Assembly (NCBI GenBank): GCA_965178125.1
Contig: OZ237738.1
Span: 1,054,001-1,118,000 of the forward strand
From: Bilabrum cf. latius
Lineage: Eukaryota
Reading direction: 5' to 3'
DNA: 64,000 bases
The notes beneath the pieces were generated by a model that worked only from the letters and a program-made list of their open reading frames with translations, did no database searches and was not told where the DNA came from. Shown here in pieces: positions 39,323 through 50,900 of this stretch. The position numbers and the translations under genes are program-made. Position 1 is the first letter of the stretch. Each line of letters opens with the position of its first letter.

Positions 39323-42300
39323 TTAGACCAAGCGAACAGCCACCGCGTCAACCTCCCTCGCGCTCGCCGGTTTGCCCAGCACCTCATCCAAGCCAGCAGC
39401 TTTGAACGCCTCCAAGTCCTCTCCAAGCGCATCCCCCGTCAATCCAACAATCACGAAACGCGAATCGAATTCGGACCGGATCGCCTGCGTAGCCTCCACG
39501 CCGTCCATCACCGGCATCGATTTGTCCATCGTGATCAGGCCCAGGCACTTCACCCCCGGCCCCGCCTGCTGTGCCCGGACCCGACACGCCTCGACTGCCT
39601 TCTGCCCGTCCTTGGCCTGGTACACGCTGTATCCTAACCTTCGCATGCCTCTCGCGAGCAGCTTCCTGTTGGTGGGCACGTCATCCACGATGAGACACCA
39701 TTGTTTTAGCTGGTCCGAGCGATCCACTGCCGCAACCGCTACGTGAGGCCTACTTGCATCACCGATGTTCGCGACGCCACCTCTCGCTGCAGCCCCTTTA
39801 GTCGTTTCTTCACGTAAATGTCCTGCTCTCGGTGCAGCGCAAGCGTCGGATCGATGCGCAGCAGTCGCCTACACAGGTACGTGCACTGCGCTGCGATCGT
39901 CGGGAAAAAGATCAGCCCCTGCAGTGCGCACGTGCGCCTTGCTCAAGTCACCACATTCGGCGACGTGCTATCCCTGTTCTGGCGGGTTTGTTGCACCCTC
40001 GTTGAGCATTTCTTCCCGCTCTGCCCGCTATTGCTAGTGGTGCTGCTGCAGCTGTACAAGGCCAGCAGCTCCAACGGCGGTGGTAGAGGACACGGAGGGC
40101 TCCCCATCTTGGCACCGAGCCTCGAATTCAAAGGTGAACACGCTGCCCATGCCCTCCCCTTCGCTGGATGCCACTAGATCGCCCCGCATTTGGCGAGCAA
40201 GCCCTCGCGAGATGTACAGGCCCAGGCCAGACGACGATCCAGAGTACTACTACCCATGGCGGGTTTGTTCATAGGGTCGAAACAGCCTTGCGAGAGACTT
40301 TGCCGACATCCCGCACCCGGTGTCGGAGACAGACAGGCGCAGTCGCACTTTCTTCTCGCGATGCGCCACTGGCACGACAGTGGCAAGCCGCTAGCCACCG
40401 ACAGGCTTGGCAGGCTCAGCGACATGCACCGCTGCAGCACTGGCCTAATTGCCCTTGTACAATACTTCAGCACTCTACGTCTACGGTGCGTCCAAAGCAC
40501 CTCGAATCACATTTTCCAGGTGCACCTGGATGGCCCCGCCGGATGGAGTGAACTTGAGCGCGTTCGATACCAGGTTCGCGATGACCTGCTTGATCCGCAC
40601 GGGGTCTCCATGTATGTGGTCCGGCACCTCTCTGCCAACATCGGCGACAAGGCGTACCCCCTTGCTCTGCGCAGTTCGCCTAAAAGTGGCTGCGATGTCA
40701 TCGAGCACCTGTGCCGTGTCGACCACCTCATTTCTCAGCTTGAGCCTGCCCTACTCGATGCGCTGCGCCTCGAGCACATCGTCAAAAATGAGCTGCAGTC
40801 CTTTGCATCCTTCCTGCTGTGACCGAAGCACGTCAGTGGCGTCCTCCATTGCCAGCTGAAGCCTTCGCCTGAGTTCGTGCACGTGCCCACGGTTGTCCGC
40901 AGCAGCTGGCCCGTGTGAATCTGTACTTGCACTCGGACACACCCTCTCATTTTTGCTTGCACTCTCTATTAGCTGGCGATGCGCAACAGAGAGCTCTTGC
41001 AAACTTGCATGCAGCTCTTGGACAGACAGAGTCACCGCCTGCAGAGGCACTCGGGCCTCGTGGAAGATGTACCTGGTGAACTGCTGGATGGTGCTCAGGC
41101 GGGCATCGGCGGCTTCCCTCCTCCATTTCTGCGACTCTGCGGCCTGGTTTGCCACTACCATGACATCATCGTGCAGAACCGCTAAAGCCAGCGCGCACCG
41201 CAGGGCCACAAACACGCAGGCGCAAACTGCCTGGATTGTGCCTGCCTACTCTTGCGAGTACCCGAGCCAGCGCACGCCAACAAACGTGTGCTGAAACCCC
41301 AGGCCCGTCACCATCATCAGGGCGATCAAGATGTTGGGTAGTCGGATGACGCCATCGTTAGTGGGCTGCTCCTGCTCTTGGTCATGGTGTCGCTGCTGCG
41401 TTACGGTGCTGAAAACAGCACTGGGTCGCCTTTCGTTGCTAAAGCTGCTGCCAGAGCCTGCCGCTGTCTGCTCCCAAGCCGCGATACCGATCCCAGGACG
41501 CCGATCTCCCCGGTCTGACCGGCCATTGCTCACTCTATTGGATTCAACGTTATCATGGCGTTCCAGTTTGTCGCGACAGCAACACCATTCGACGTCACCC
41601 CCAACTGCGATCGCCGGCGGCACACCGTCTGGATCGGCGCCCGCTGCAGGCGCTATATTTGTGCAGCAATTCGCGAGTCTCACTGAGATGTATGGGTCCA
41701 CCACTCGGTCAAGTGGCCCTCGGAATATTTCAAGCCCAACATAGAATGTGGCCAAAGGGTATGCAATAACAGATGCCGCTAGGATCCCCTCAGTGGACCA
41801 GGAGAGCGGGAACGCAACAAGAACCGTAACTAGCCACATGCAAATTATGCTGGCCAACAGCCCCAAAATTCTCCTACTCCTAGAGAACACGGCAATGGGG
41901 AGGTCATTTCCAGCGCCAAGGACAGAAACTCCGCTAAACAGCCAGGTTTGCGCAAGCTCCGGAGACCCCAGCACGGCTCGCGAGGACGACACTCCGGATG
42001 CAAACTGTGCCATAGCGACGCACGCCTGCGCATACAATAGCCGAGGCTTGGAACGCGTACGTAACAGCATGCAATTTCATGGCCAGAAATAAGCATTGAA
42101 ATATTTCTCACCGCCAGATTTGTGAATACCGATGAAATCAGAAACAGCTGTACTCTATTGTGGCTCCATATAACTGCCCCGTACGCGACAAATGCACACT
42201 GTAGCACTAACACACCAGACACTGCAAACAGAAGCGGAGCGAGCTGTACGTTCGGCTTGTCAGCTTCGAAATCAGCTGCTATGCTGATGCGTGGATCACA

Positions 42301-42390
42301 AACGATCAAAACGAGCGATACTAGCGCCGCCGCTGCGATCAGACCGTGAAACAGTACATCCTCAACAGTTAGGGCATCTGATCGTGGCAT
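39323..42390 (-). CDS. Membrane-anchored hybrid sensor histidine kinase (multi-TM, HisKA, HATPase_c, receiver)
   Basis: H box YIFHEARVPL; N box GDPVRIKQVIANLVSNALKFT; G1 VSDTGCGM; G2 SSGLGLYISR; receiver LIVDD..MDKSMPVMDG..GLTG..GKP. Intron 42026-42111; about 12 in-frame TAG; TAA 39323-39325. Confidence 0.9.
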
Positions 42391-42518
42391 GCTGTGCCGC
42401 GTACACTGGGTACGAGTATGTGTGCAGATGAGTGTTTTTTCCGCAGTAGGGTGTCATTGGCTCGTCACATCACGCCTCAATCCAGTGGATCAGGCATGTT
42501 CGCTCATTGACCGGGCAA

Positions 42519-44186
42519 TCATTCTACCCCTTCTTCATCCCACGCAGGTCCGACCTCCTGGAACCGCCCCTTGCCCAGCACGTCCTCGAAGCCAGACCGA
42601 CGCAACGGCACCCCCTCCAGCTCAGCCCCGACCAACCGCCCCACCGCCACCCTCCCCTGCGCCGTGCTGTCCCTGCACCGCACCGTCACGGTCCCGTCCT
42701 CCAGCGACTGGTGGTCCACAGTCACGCACAGCGGGGTGCCCACCTCGTCCTGCCTGCGATACCTCCTCCCGATCGACCCGCTCTCGTCCAGGTCTGTCCT
42801 GCACCTGTCCGTCAGACCGGCGTGGATCTGCCGCGCGAGCGCCTGCATCCCCGGGTCTTTCTTGAGTAAGGGAAGGACGGCAACCTGAACAGGGGCCACC
42901 AGCGGGTGCAGCCTGAGAACTTTCCGGGATTGTTCCCCGCCCTTTCCGTCGGGAACAAGGTCCTCCTGGTCAGCGTCGCACATGACTGCGAGCAGCAGTC
43001 GGTTGAGTCCCAGCGCAGGCTCCACAACGTGCGGCCTGACCACTCTCTTCTGGTCCATCGGGTCTCTGAACCCCATGCTCTGGCCCGAGGCCTCCTCGTG
43101 CTTTTTGAGATCGTAGTCGCCCCTGTCGGCGATGCCCCACAGCTCGTCCCACCCGTGGGGATACCTGTACTCTATATCCGTGGTCGCGCTGGCGTAGTGT
43201 GCCAGTTCTTCCCCCGCGTACTCCTTGAGTCTGACGTTATCATCCGAGAGGCCCACCCTCCGACGCAGCCATGCAGTGCACCTGCCCACCCAAGACTGCA
43301 GGTGCTTCGACGATTCGCCAGGCTCCACGAAATACTGCAGCTCCAGCTGCTCAAACTCTCTCGTCCGGAATATAAATCGGTTCGAGTCTATCTCGTTGCG
43401 GAAGCTCCTGCCCATCTGCGCGATGCCCAGGGGCAGGCCCCTCCTTGCGATCCCGGCCACCTGAGGGAACGCCACGTAGGCCCCTTGAGCGGTTTCCGGT
43501 CGCAGAAAAGCCTCCGAGCTAGCATCCTCCAATGGGCCCAGGTGCGTCCGGAATAACAAATGGAAGGGCCGTGGCGTGCCCAGCCCCTTGTCTCCGGGAG
43601 GCGCCCCGCACGCCGGGCACTTGACCTCGAGCGAGCGGAGAAGGGCGCCCTGCTCATCGTAGCCCACGGAATCCAAAGGAGGCAGATCAACGGACCGTTC
43701 CGCCGCGGCGGATTCGATGAGCTTGTCTGCCCTGGCTCGATGGCCGCACGTCGAGCACTGCGACAGAGGGTCCGTGAACTCGTCCACGTGACCGCTCGCG
43801 CGCCAAACCTTCGGGGAAGTGATCACGGGCGTATCGATTCCCATACACTCCGGTCTTCCCTCTACAAAATCCTTCCACCACATGTCGGCTAGATTCTTCT
43901 TCAGCTGTGCTCCAAGGGGGCCATAGTCGTAGCCCGCCGCGCCTCCTCCATACGCCTCAGATCCCTGAAAAATAAAACCCCGTCGCTTGCATAGGTTCAC
44001 AATATCACCGAGAGGGTCAGCTGCCTTGGATCTCTTCTTCTTCTTGCCCTCATTACCAGCTAGTCGGCTCGAAGAGCTCCCAAATCTTCTCCGAGACTGC
44101 TATGATCCGAGCTGGAACGTACCTTGCCTTGTTTCTCGTAATAGCCCCTACATACAGCCTATAACCTACTTTGGTAATCGCCTCAT
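42519..44186 (-). CDS. GARS: Glycyl-tRNA synthetase, homodimeric (alpha2) type, with putative mitochondrial presequence
   Basis: LCKRRGFIF, YDYGPLGAQLKKN, FLRPETAQG, SFRNEI..FIFRTREFEQ, GSIGRRYRRQDEVGTP. ATG 44186 gives an Arg-rich leader containing 3 TAG; ends in TGA. Confidence 0.93.
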
Positions 44187-44304
44187 GGCGACTAGATACT
44201 GTGTTTACTCCTGAAATGCATTTATTATTCATGTTTCCGTGCTGCTCCGGAGCCATATATTTTAGTGCCTTGCGGAGTGCCGAACACAAACAGTAGGTGG
44301 TACC

Positions 44305-45351
44305 ATGTTACTGAATCCACTATTATTTATTTGTTTCGTTGTAACGGTGGTGTCCAAGGATGCTCCGTTCGATGCGGACCCGCCAGGCGTGCTTGCAACT
44401 TTGGAACCGATCGCTGAGGGTGGCATTCAAAGGTCCGTTCCATGCGCAGAGGGTGAATATGACAGCGTTGACGACAAAAAAGGAAATTTAGGTTCGTGCA
44501 GTCCCAGCAGATGCGGTCGAAAAATCGTAGATGGCTTTGTGGGGGACGAGGAGATCCAGCTCTTGCGGGATATTGCGGCTGCCGGTATGCAAAGCAGCGA
44601 TGACGTGGAAGCTGGACCAGTCATTATGGACCCCAACAGTAAAGTAGTCATGGATTCGAAGCACGGGCTCCGGAGAGTCAAGGCGCGGTTCGACGCATCT
44701 CAGATTGCCGTGTACCGCGGGCTCATGCGTCGCATCGAAGACGCCATCAAAGCGGAGTTTGGGGCGGAGCGCGCCCACCACACGGTGCCCACCTTTCTGA
44801 CCAGAATCCGCGGGAATCCGTCCTGGGAGCCGAAGAACATGCACGACGAGTACTACCACCCGCACGTGGACAAGGCGAACACTCCCCACTACGTGTACTC
44901 GGGGCTTCTGTATCTCTCCGATTTCTCCAGGGACTTCGAGGGGGGACAGTTCCGGTTTCTGGACCAGGATGGGAACAGGACGGTGCTTCCCAAGCGGGGG
45001 CGGCTGTCCCTGTTCACGAGCGGGCGTGAGAACGAGCACATGCTGGAGCGAGTGACGGGCGGCGAGCGGCTCACGCTCTCCTTCTGGTTCACCTGCGACC
45101 CGGAGCTCGCCACGGACACGTACCTCGGTCAGCGTGCAGCCAAGAAGCAGCAGTTCAAGGAGGTTGATTTCTCGGCCGAGGGCCAGGGCCAGGTCCAGGG
45201 CGGTGGGGAGGATGGCACTGGCACTGCCGGTGTGCCGGGCAGGAAACGGAGGAGACGGAGGCGAGGATCGGTGCCGCAGGGGGAGCCAGACGCCGACTCA
45301 CAGGCGTCGTAGGGTGTGCCAGGGTCGCGTAAGAGGCCAGAGGAACTCTGA
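44305..45351 (+). CDS. OGFOD3: 2-oxoglutarate/Fe(II) dioxygenase, OGFOD3-like, secretory pathway
   Basis: Signal peptide; CSPSRCGR; HDEYYHPHVDK; YSGLLYLS..DFEGG; FTSGRENEH..RLTLSFWFTCDP. Reading TAG 45310-45312 as Gln extends the protein to ..RKRPEEL-TGA. Confidence 0.85.
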
Positions 45352-45425
45352 AAATTAAAAACCGGAAGTATCATCAACTTCCGTGCTCTCTCAATCTTTG
45401 AGCTACTCCGCTATCCAAACTGGCA

Positions 45426-47753
45426 ATGCCGAGCACCAAAATCGCCCTGCTGCTTGCATAGTTCCAGTGCAAATTCGAGGAGTCTGCAGCGGAGCCCAAT
45501 GTGCCTGCACTGTGCTTGGGTGCAGCGGCGTCGATGGCTGGATTGCACTTCGGCATTTTCGGGGAACCGTACGCAATGCAGTCGATTGGCATAGCCCTAA
45601 CAGCTGCAGTTGCATGTAACGTACTGGGGAATGCGATCGATTCCGTTGTTGCAAGCATTCAAGGCACTGTGCCTGTGGATGAAGCTCGCGTGGAGGCATT
45701 CCTGGATGCCGCTCAGGGCGATCTCCGGTCCGACAACGAGCAGACACGAGCTGCTGCACTCGAGGCGCTCGCGCAGGTGCATGTATCTAGTAGTGTGACC
45801 AGCTCGATTTCTGGGAAGCCTTCGATTCGGCGGGGAATAGCTCAAGGATTGCTAGCGCAGGCGACGTCAGAGCAGCGGGCAGCTGCTCGGGCCGCGAGGC
45901 ACTTGCTTGGACCCGAGGCTTCCTACCAGACAGTCGGTCATTTTGCAGAGGATGCTGACGTGATCGCTGCTCTCGCAGCTGCGATTGGCTCGGACGACGC
46001 CGACCTGGCCGAGGACGCCGGGGAGGCCCTGCGCCGGATCGCCTCAAACACTGGTTCAGCGCGAGCCTTTGAGCGCGCCAGCGTGGCTGGTAGCGGTACC
46101 GTCTCACCGAAATTTTCTGTCATTGTTGCCTTGTAGAGATAGCTCGTGGCGACCCGAGGGCGGGAGGCAGTGGCGGATGCGGCAGCCGGGGCGCTCGCTG
46201 CCGCGCTGGAGAACCAGTCCATGGCACGAAAGTTTGTCGAGGAATGGGATGGGGAGAAGCTGGACGCAGGGGCATCTTCTGGTTCGGGAGCGCCGTCCTC
46301 CGAGGGCCCCTCCCGAATGGCTTGCGACCTGCTAGGCCAGATCGTACGCGCTCTGGACACCGCCGGTCGCATGCAGGAGTGGGGGGCCCGGCAGTCGCTG
46401 TGCCTCGCCGTTACGCGGCTGGCGAGGATGGCATCGTCGGATGGTGCCGCTGAGGGAATGCTCAGAGAACAAGGGGCCACGGTGCGGGTCCTCGTGGACG
46501 CCTGCGGCGCCTGGTCCACGACGGAGCGGGGAACCCTCGACGAAGGTTCGTTCGAGAGCGACGCCGCGGCCCTGTGCAGCAGCAAGGCAGCCGATGCGGT
46601 GTGGCAGCTGTGCTTCCACGGTAGGAACTACGCCAGGGAACACTTCGCGGAGGCGGGCGCGGTGGCCGCGCTGGTGTCTGCGCTGCCTTGCGCGGGTGCG
46701 GGCTCCAGCGCGGCCAGCTGCCTTGGCGCCCTTCTCTAGCTTCCCACGGACGCGAAGGTGCGTCATCTCGGTGTGACGAGTGCGATCGAGGACCGGAACC
46801 ACGTGCAGGCGCTGGCGTCTCTCATGGACAAGAGGGCCCGCTTGGCGCCCCAACGGGCCGCCTTGGACTGGCGCGCGCTTGCGCAGCTACGAGACAGGCA
46901 GCGGGCGGGTGACCACAGGGGCGCCGGCGTGACGTCGGTGGTGACGGGGGCGCTGAGCGTAGCTCGTGTTGTGGCGCAGGCATCGAATGCCGTGGAGCAG
47001 GCGAGCGACGAGCACTTCGCGGCCATCTGCGGCGGGCTGCTGGCCATGCTGCGGCACGAGGTGCAGTGGATTCGGAGCGAGAATGAGGATCGGATCGAAG
47101 CAAGTGCTCGAGACCGAGCAGGCGACGCGGAGCAGCCCACAGCCACTGTGGGGGAGGGGCTGGCCAGCGCGCAGGCGATGTACATGCTTGCCGGCCCCAG
47201 ACTGGCGGAGCACTTGCTCTCCGATTCCGGGTCCATCGTGGTGAGTGATCTGCACGCTTTGCTGCTCCATGGCGTTCGGTCGAATGCGGCGCCCTCCGAG
47301 CCCGCGCACGCCCTCCGGTGCATCCTGTGTGACGATAGCTGCAGGGCACACGTGGCAGGGATGGGCGATGGCGCGGCGAGTCTGCTGTGCGGAGAGGATG
47401 GGCTCATCCATTTGATGGCGCGAAAGGGTGAGCGGGGCCTGCCTGGGTCTCTTAGGCGCCCCATCGCACGGGGGGTGGCGGGCGCGTGCCAGGACGGGCG
47501 GCTAGCCAGCGCGGTGGGGAAGGATCCGGAAGCCGTGCGAGCGCTTGTTGCGTGCTGCACTGACACGGCGGAGGACAGGGAGGAGGATGTGGTGGAGGCT
47601 GCATCGCATGCCCTGGTTCTGGTGTCCACTGCGCCCGGCGGCGATGTGGTGAGGCAGGAGCACCCAGCGGTGGTGCGAGCGGCTGCGGCGCGCTGCGAGG
47701 AGCGGAACCTGGGGATGTTTGTCGATGCGATGTCTCGACTGATGGGGCAATGA
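45426..47753 (+). CDS. ARM/HEAT-repeat helical protein
   Basis: Same-frame ORFs joined by TAG (~45459, 46134, 46140, 46737). ARM-like segments AADAVWQLC..FAEAGAVAALVSAL and AVRALVACC..VVEAASHAL. Ends in TGA. Confidence 0.72.
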
Positions 47754-47953
47754 CTTGGGGAAACGTTCTCCGCTAGTCTAGCCTACACAGAGCCTAGATC
47801 TGCCTTGCTTTGAGCCGGAGAACCTTCTCTTTCGTCAATCACTGATGAAACCCGCGATGCACACGCCCCCACAGAATTAATCACGAACAGCTCGCACGAA
47901 CAGTTTGCATTTATCGGAAACGCTCACTGGTTGTGCCTGAGACCTTGCGCGCG

Positions 47954-50900
47954 ATGCCAACCGTGCAGGTACGCGGGGTGGATGTGGAGTTCCCATTCAG
48001 CCCGTACACCGTGCAGAATGATTATATGGAGCATTTGGTGGGAGCCATGCAGCTGAAGTCGCATGCACTACTAGAATCGCCGACGGGAACAGGAAAAGTG
48101 AGCAACGCAGCCGCACGAACAGCTGCGGCCGGTCCCACATTTGAAACCGTGCCTGCTGTGACGTCGAGTAGATTTTCTCCTGCACGCAGACGCTTTGCCT
48201 GTTATGTGCCGGTTTGAGCTGGTAGCGCGAATATTGTGCTGCACTTGAGCAAGTTTTGGTGATGAGGCAGCAGCACGGGGTGGGCGGAGAGTCTCGGTTC
48301 GACAGCGCAAACCTGCGTCGCTTGTTGCGGTCTGCTGGCCAAGTAGAATGGATTCAGCCCCCGGACACATCCGGAGAGGCTGGTCTGTCGTTTGCAGGTC
48401 GCAATTATTCGTACGCAGAGCCCGCCAGCGCATCCAAGGACGGACTCTTGCAGACCAACTCTGGAGCAACTGCTCGTGCTGCTCTGCGCGCCACGCTCCG
48501 CGCCGGCCAAGGTCGACCGAAACCGCTGGTAATGCCCTCTAGTGCCCCCGCGTACCAATCGGCCTTATCGCTTCCCGAATCAAGGGGAGAGCCGACGCTG
48601 GGATCGGGCGGGGGCCTTCCGCCGCCTACAGTTGTCACACCTTCGGGCACGCCTTCTCCTGATAGCCTGCGCTACAGCCGCCCGAAGATATTCTACGCCG
48701 CGCGCACGCATACTCAAGTCTCTTAGGTCGTGCACGAACTGCAGATGGCCTCGGGCTACCGCCCCAGGATCGCAGTGCTCGCTTCGAGGGACCGCCTGTG
48801 CGTGCACGAGAAATCCAAGGAGCTCGGGGGCAAGGCGCTCCAGCGGGCATGCACCAAGATGCAGAACGAGGGCAAAGACACGGCCTCGGGGGCCTTTGCA
48901 GCGGACCAGTCGGCGCACCGCAGGCTCAAATTCAGCCGATGCCCCGCGGCCCGGCAGCTGGCGAGCTACCTGGAAATGTACGGGGGTACCCCCAAGGTGT
49001 TCCAGGTGGCGAGGGCCGTGTCGATCGGCGTGGGGGGCAGGCGCAGGCTGCTCCTGCCGGAGGATGTGGGAGCGGAGACAGCGGAGGGAGTCACCGGTCC
49101 AGGGAACAAGTGGGTGAGGGGGCAGGCCGGTGGGGAGGCGGCAGGGTGGGGTGCGGCAGGGGCGCTGGCAGCCGCAGCCATGCGAGGAGGAGGGCCATCC
49201 TCTGCGTCATCCTCGTCTGCATTCGTTGGTATGGACGAGTTTGGGGGCGGTGCCGGCGATGATTTGAACGGTGGACAGGCCGGTGGGTCGGGGCGATCCA
49301 AGGGCAGCTTTTTGGCGAGTCGCCAGCAGAAACCAAGACGAGCGACCGTTGGAAGTGCGCGGCTGGGAACGCGGCCTGCCAAATCCCGAGGTGGGGATAG
49401 CACCGAGGGCAGGGCGAAGGGTGATGGCAAGTCCGGCACCTCGCGAGCCAGGGCTCGCAGGCAGCTTGCAGCCGAGGCGATCGAAGACGGTGTTATGGAT
49501 ATAGAGGACATGCGGGAAGCCGGCAAGAAATCCGGCTTCTGTCCCTTCTACTTCAGCAGGCAGCCCACGACCCTCGAGCAAGCAGACCTGGTGCTGATGC
49601 CGTATTCCTACCTGCTGGACCCCAGCGTGCGGTCCTCGATCCCTGGCCTGCAGGAGCACCTGCGCGGCGGGGTGGTGATCATCGATGAGGCGCACAACAT
49701 CGACAAGACGTGCGCCGAGTCGGCGTCCTTCGACCTAGGGGGCACCCTCATGATTGACTGCGTGGAGGAGCTGCGAGTGGCCACGGAGCGGGCGCTGGGG
49801 CTGGCGGGAAAGTCCCTGCAGCCGGCGCAGGGGCAGGCTGGGACCTCTCAGCTAGACATGGCTGCGCTCACGCAGAAGGCAGCAGACGCTCGCGTGACCG
49901 TGCAGCTGCCCAACCAGCAGGCCGTGGAAATCACGCCGAACCAGCTGTTTGCGCTGCAGCAATCGCTGATGAATTTCAGCCGGTGGGTACAGGGGCACGA
50001 TTTCGGCGGCAAGCCTCAGAACCATAAATTTAAGGTGTACAAGGGCAGCACGATCGTGACTGAGCTAGCCAAGGTGGGCCTCACCCTAGAGGGCTACCAC
50101 TTCAACGACCGCAGCGAGAGGCAGGGCACCCAGGCCAACGCGCTTGAGGCGGCCATCGTGCTGTGTGGGGATGCCAAGGCGGCCTCACTGTTCGCTGCTG
50201 GGTCAGACATGTCATCGCGCACGGCCGACGTTACAGACACGCCGCTGGAGCAGCTGCGTGACATGCTGGACAAGGTGTTTGTGCTGGGAGGGCTCATGGC
50301 CACGTTCATGGAGGAGTACCGCGTTGTGATCCGACCTGAGGTGAAGCCACGGTCCAAGGCGATGATCGCCTCCGCCTCCGGTCTCAACCAGGTGTCGTTC
50401 TGGTGCTTTCGGTCTCACGTGGCCATGCGCCAGCTGCAGGAGCTTGGCGTGCGCTCGGTGATTCTGACGAGCGGGACACTGTCGCCGATGAAGGCCCTGC
50501 AGCACGACCTGGGCATTCCCTTCAGCGTCAGGCTGATCAACCCGCACGTGGTCAGAAAGGACGCGATGCGAGTGGCCGTGCTGGGCAGCGGGCCGAAGGG
50601 AATCGGGCTCAGTAGTAAGTTCAGCAGGCGATCCGACCCGGGGTATCTGCAGGACCTCGGGGCCAGCGTGGTGCAGCTGGCAGCGACCGTTGGTGCTGGG
50701 GGCGTGCTCGTGTTCTTCTCGTCGTACAGTCAGCTGGATTCTTGCGTCACTGCGTGGCAGCAGCAGAACGGGGGCGCGGTTTGGCGCCAGCTCAACATGG
50801 CGAGGCACGTGGTGGTGGAGCCGCACAGCACGGGCGAGATGGACGAGGTCATGAAGAGTTACGAGGATGCCCTCAGCAGCGGCAGGGGTGCGCTTATCAT

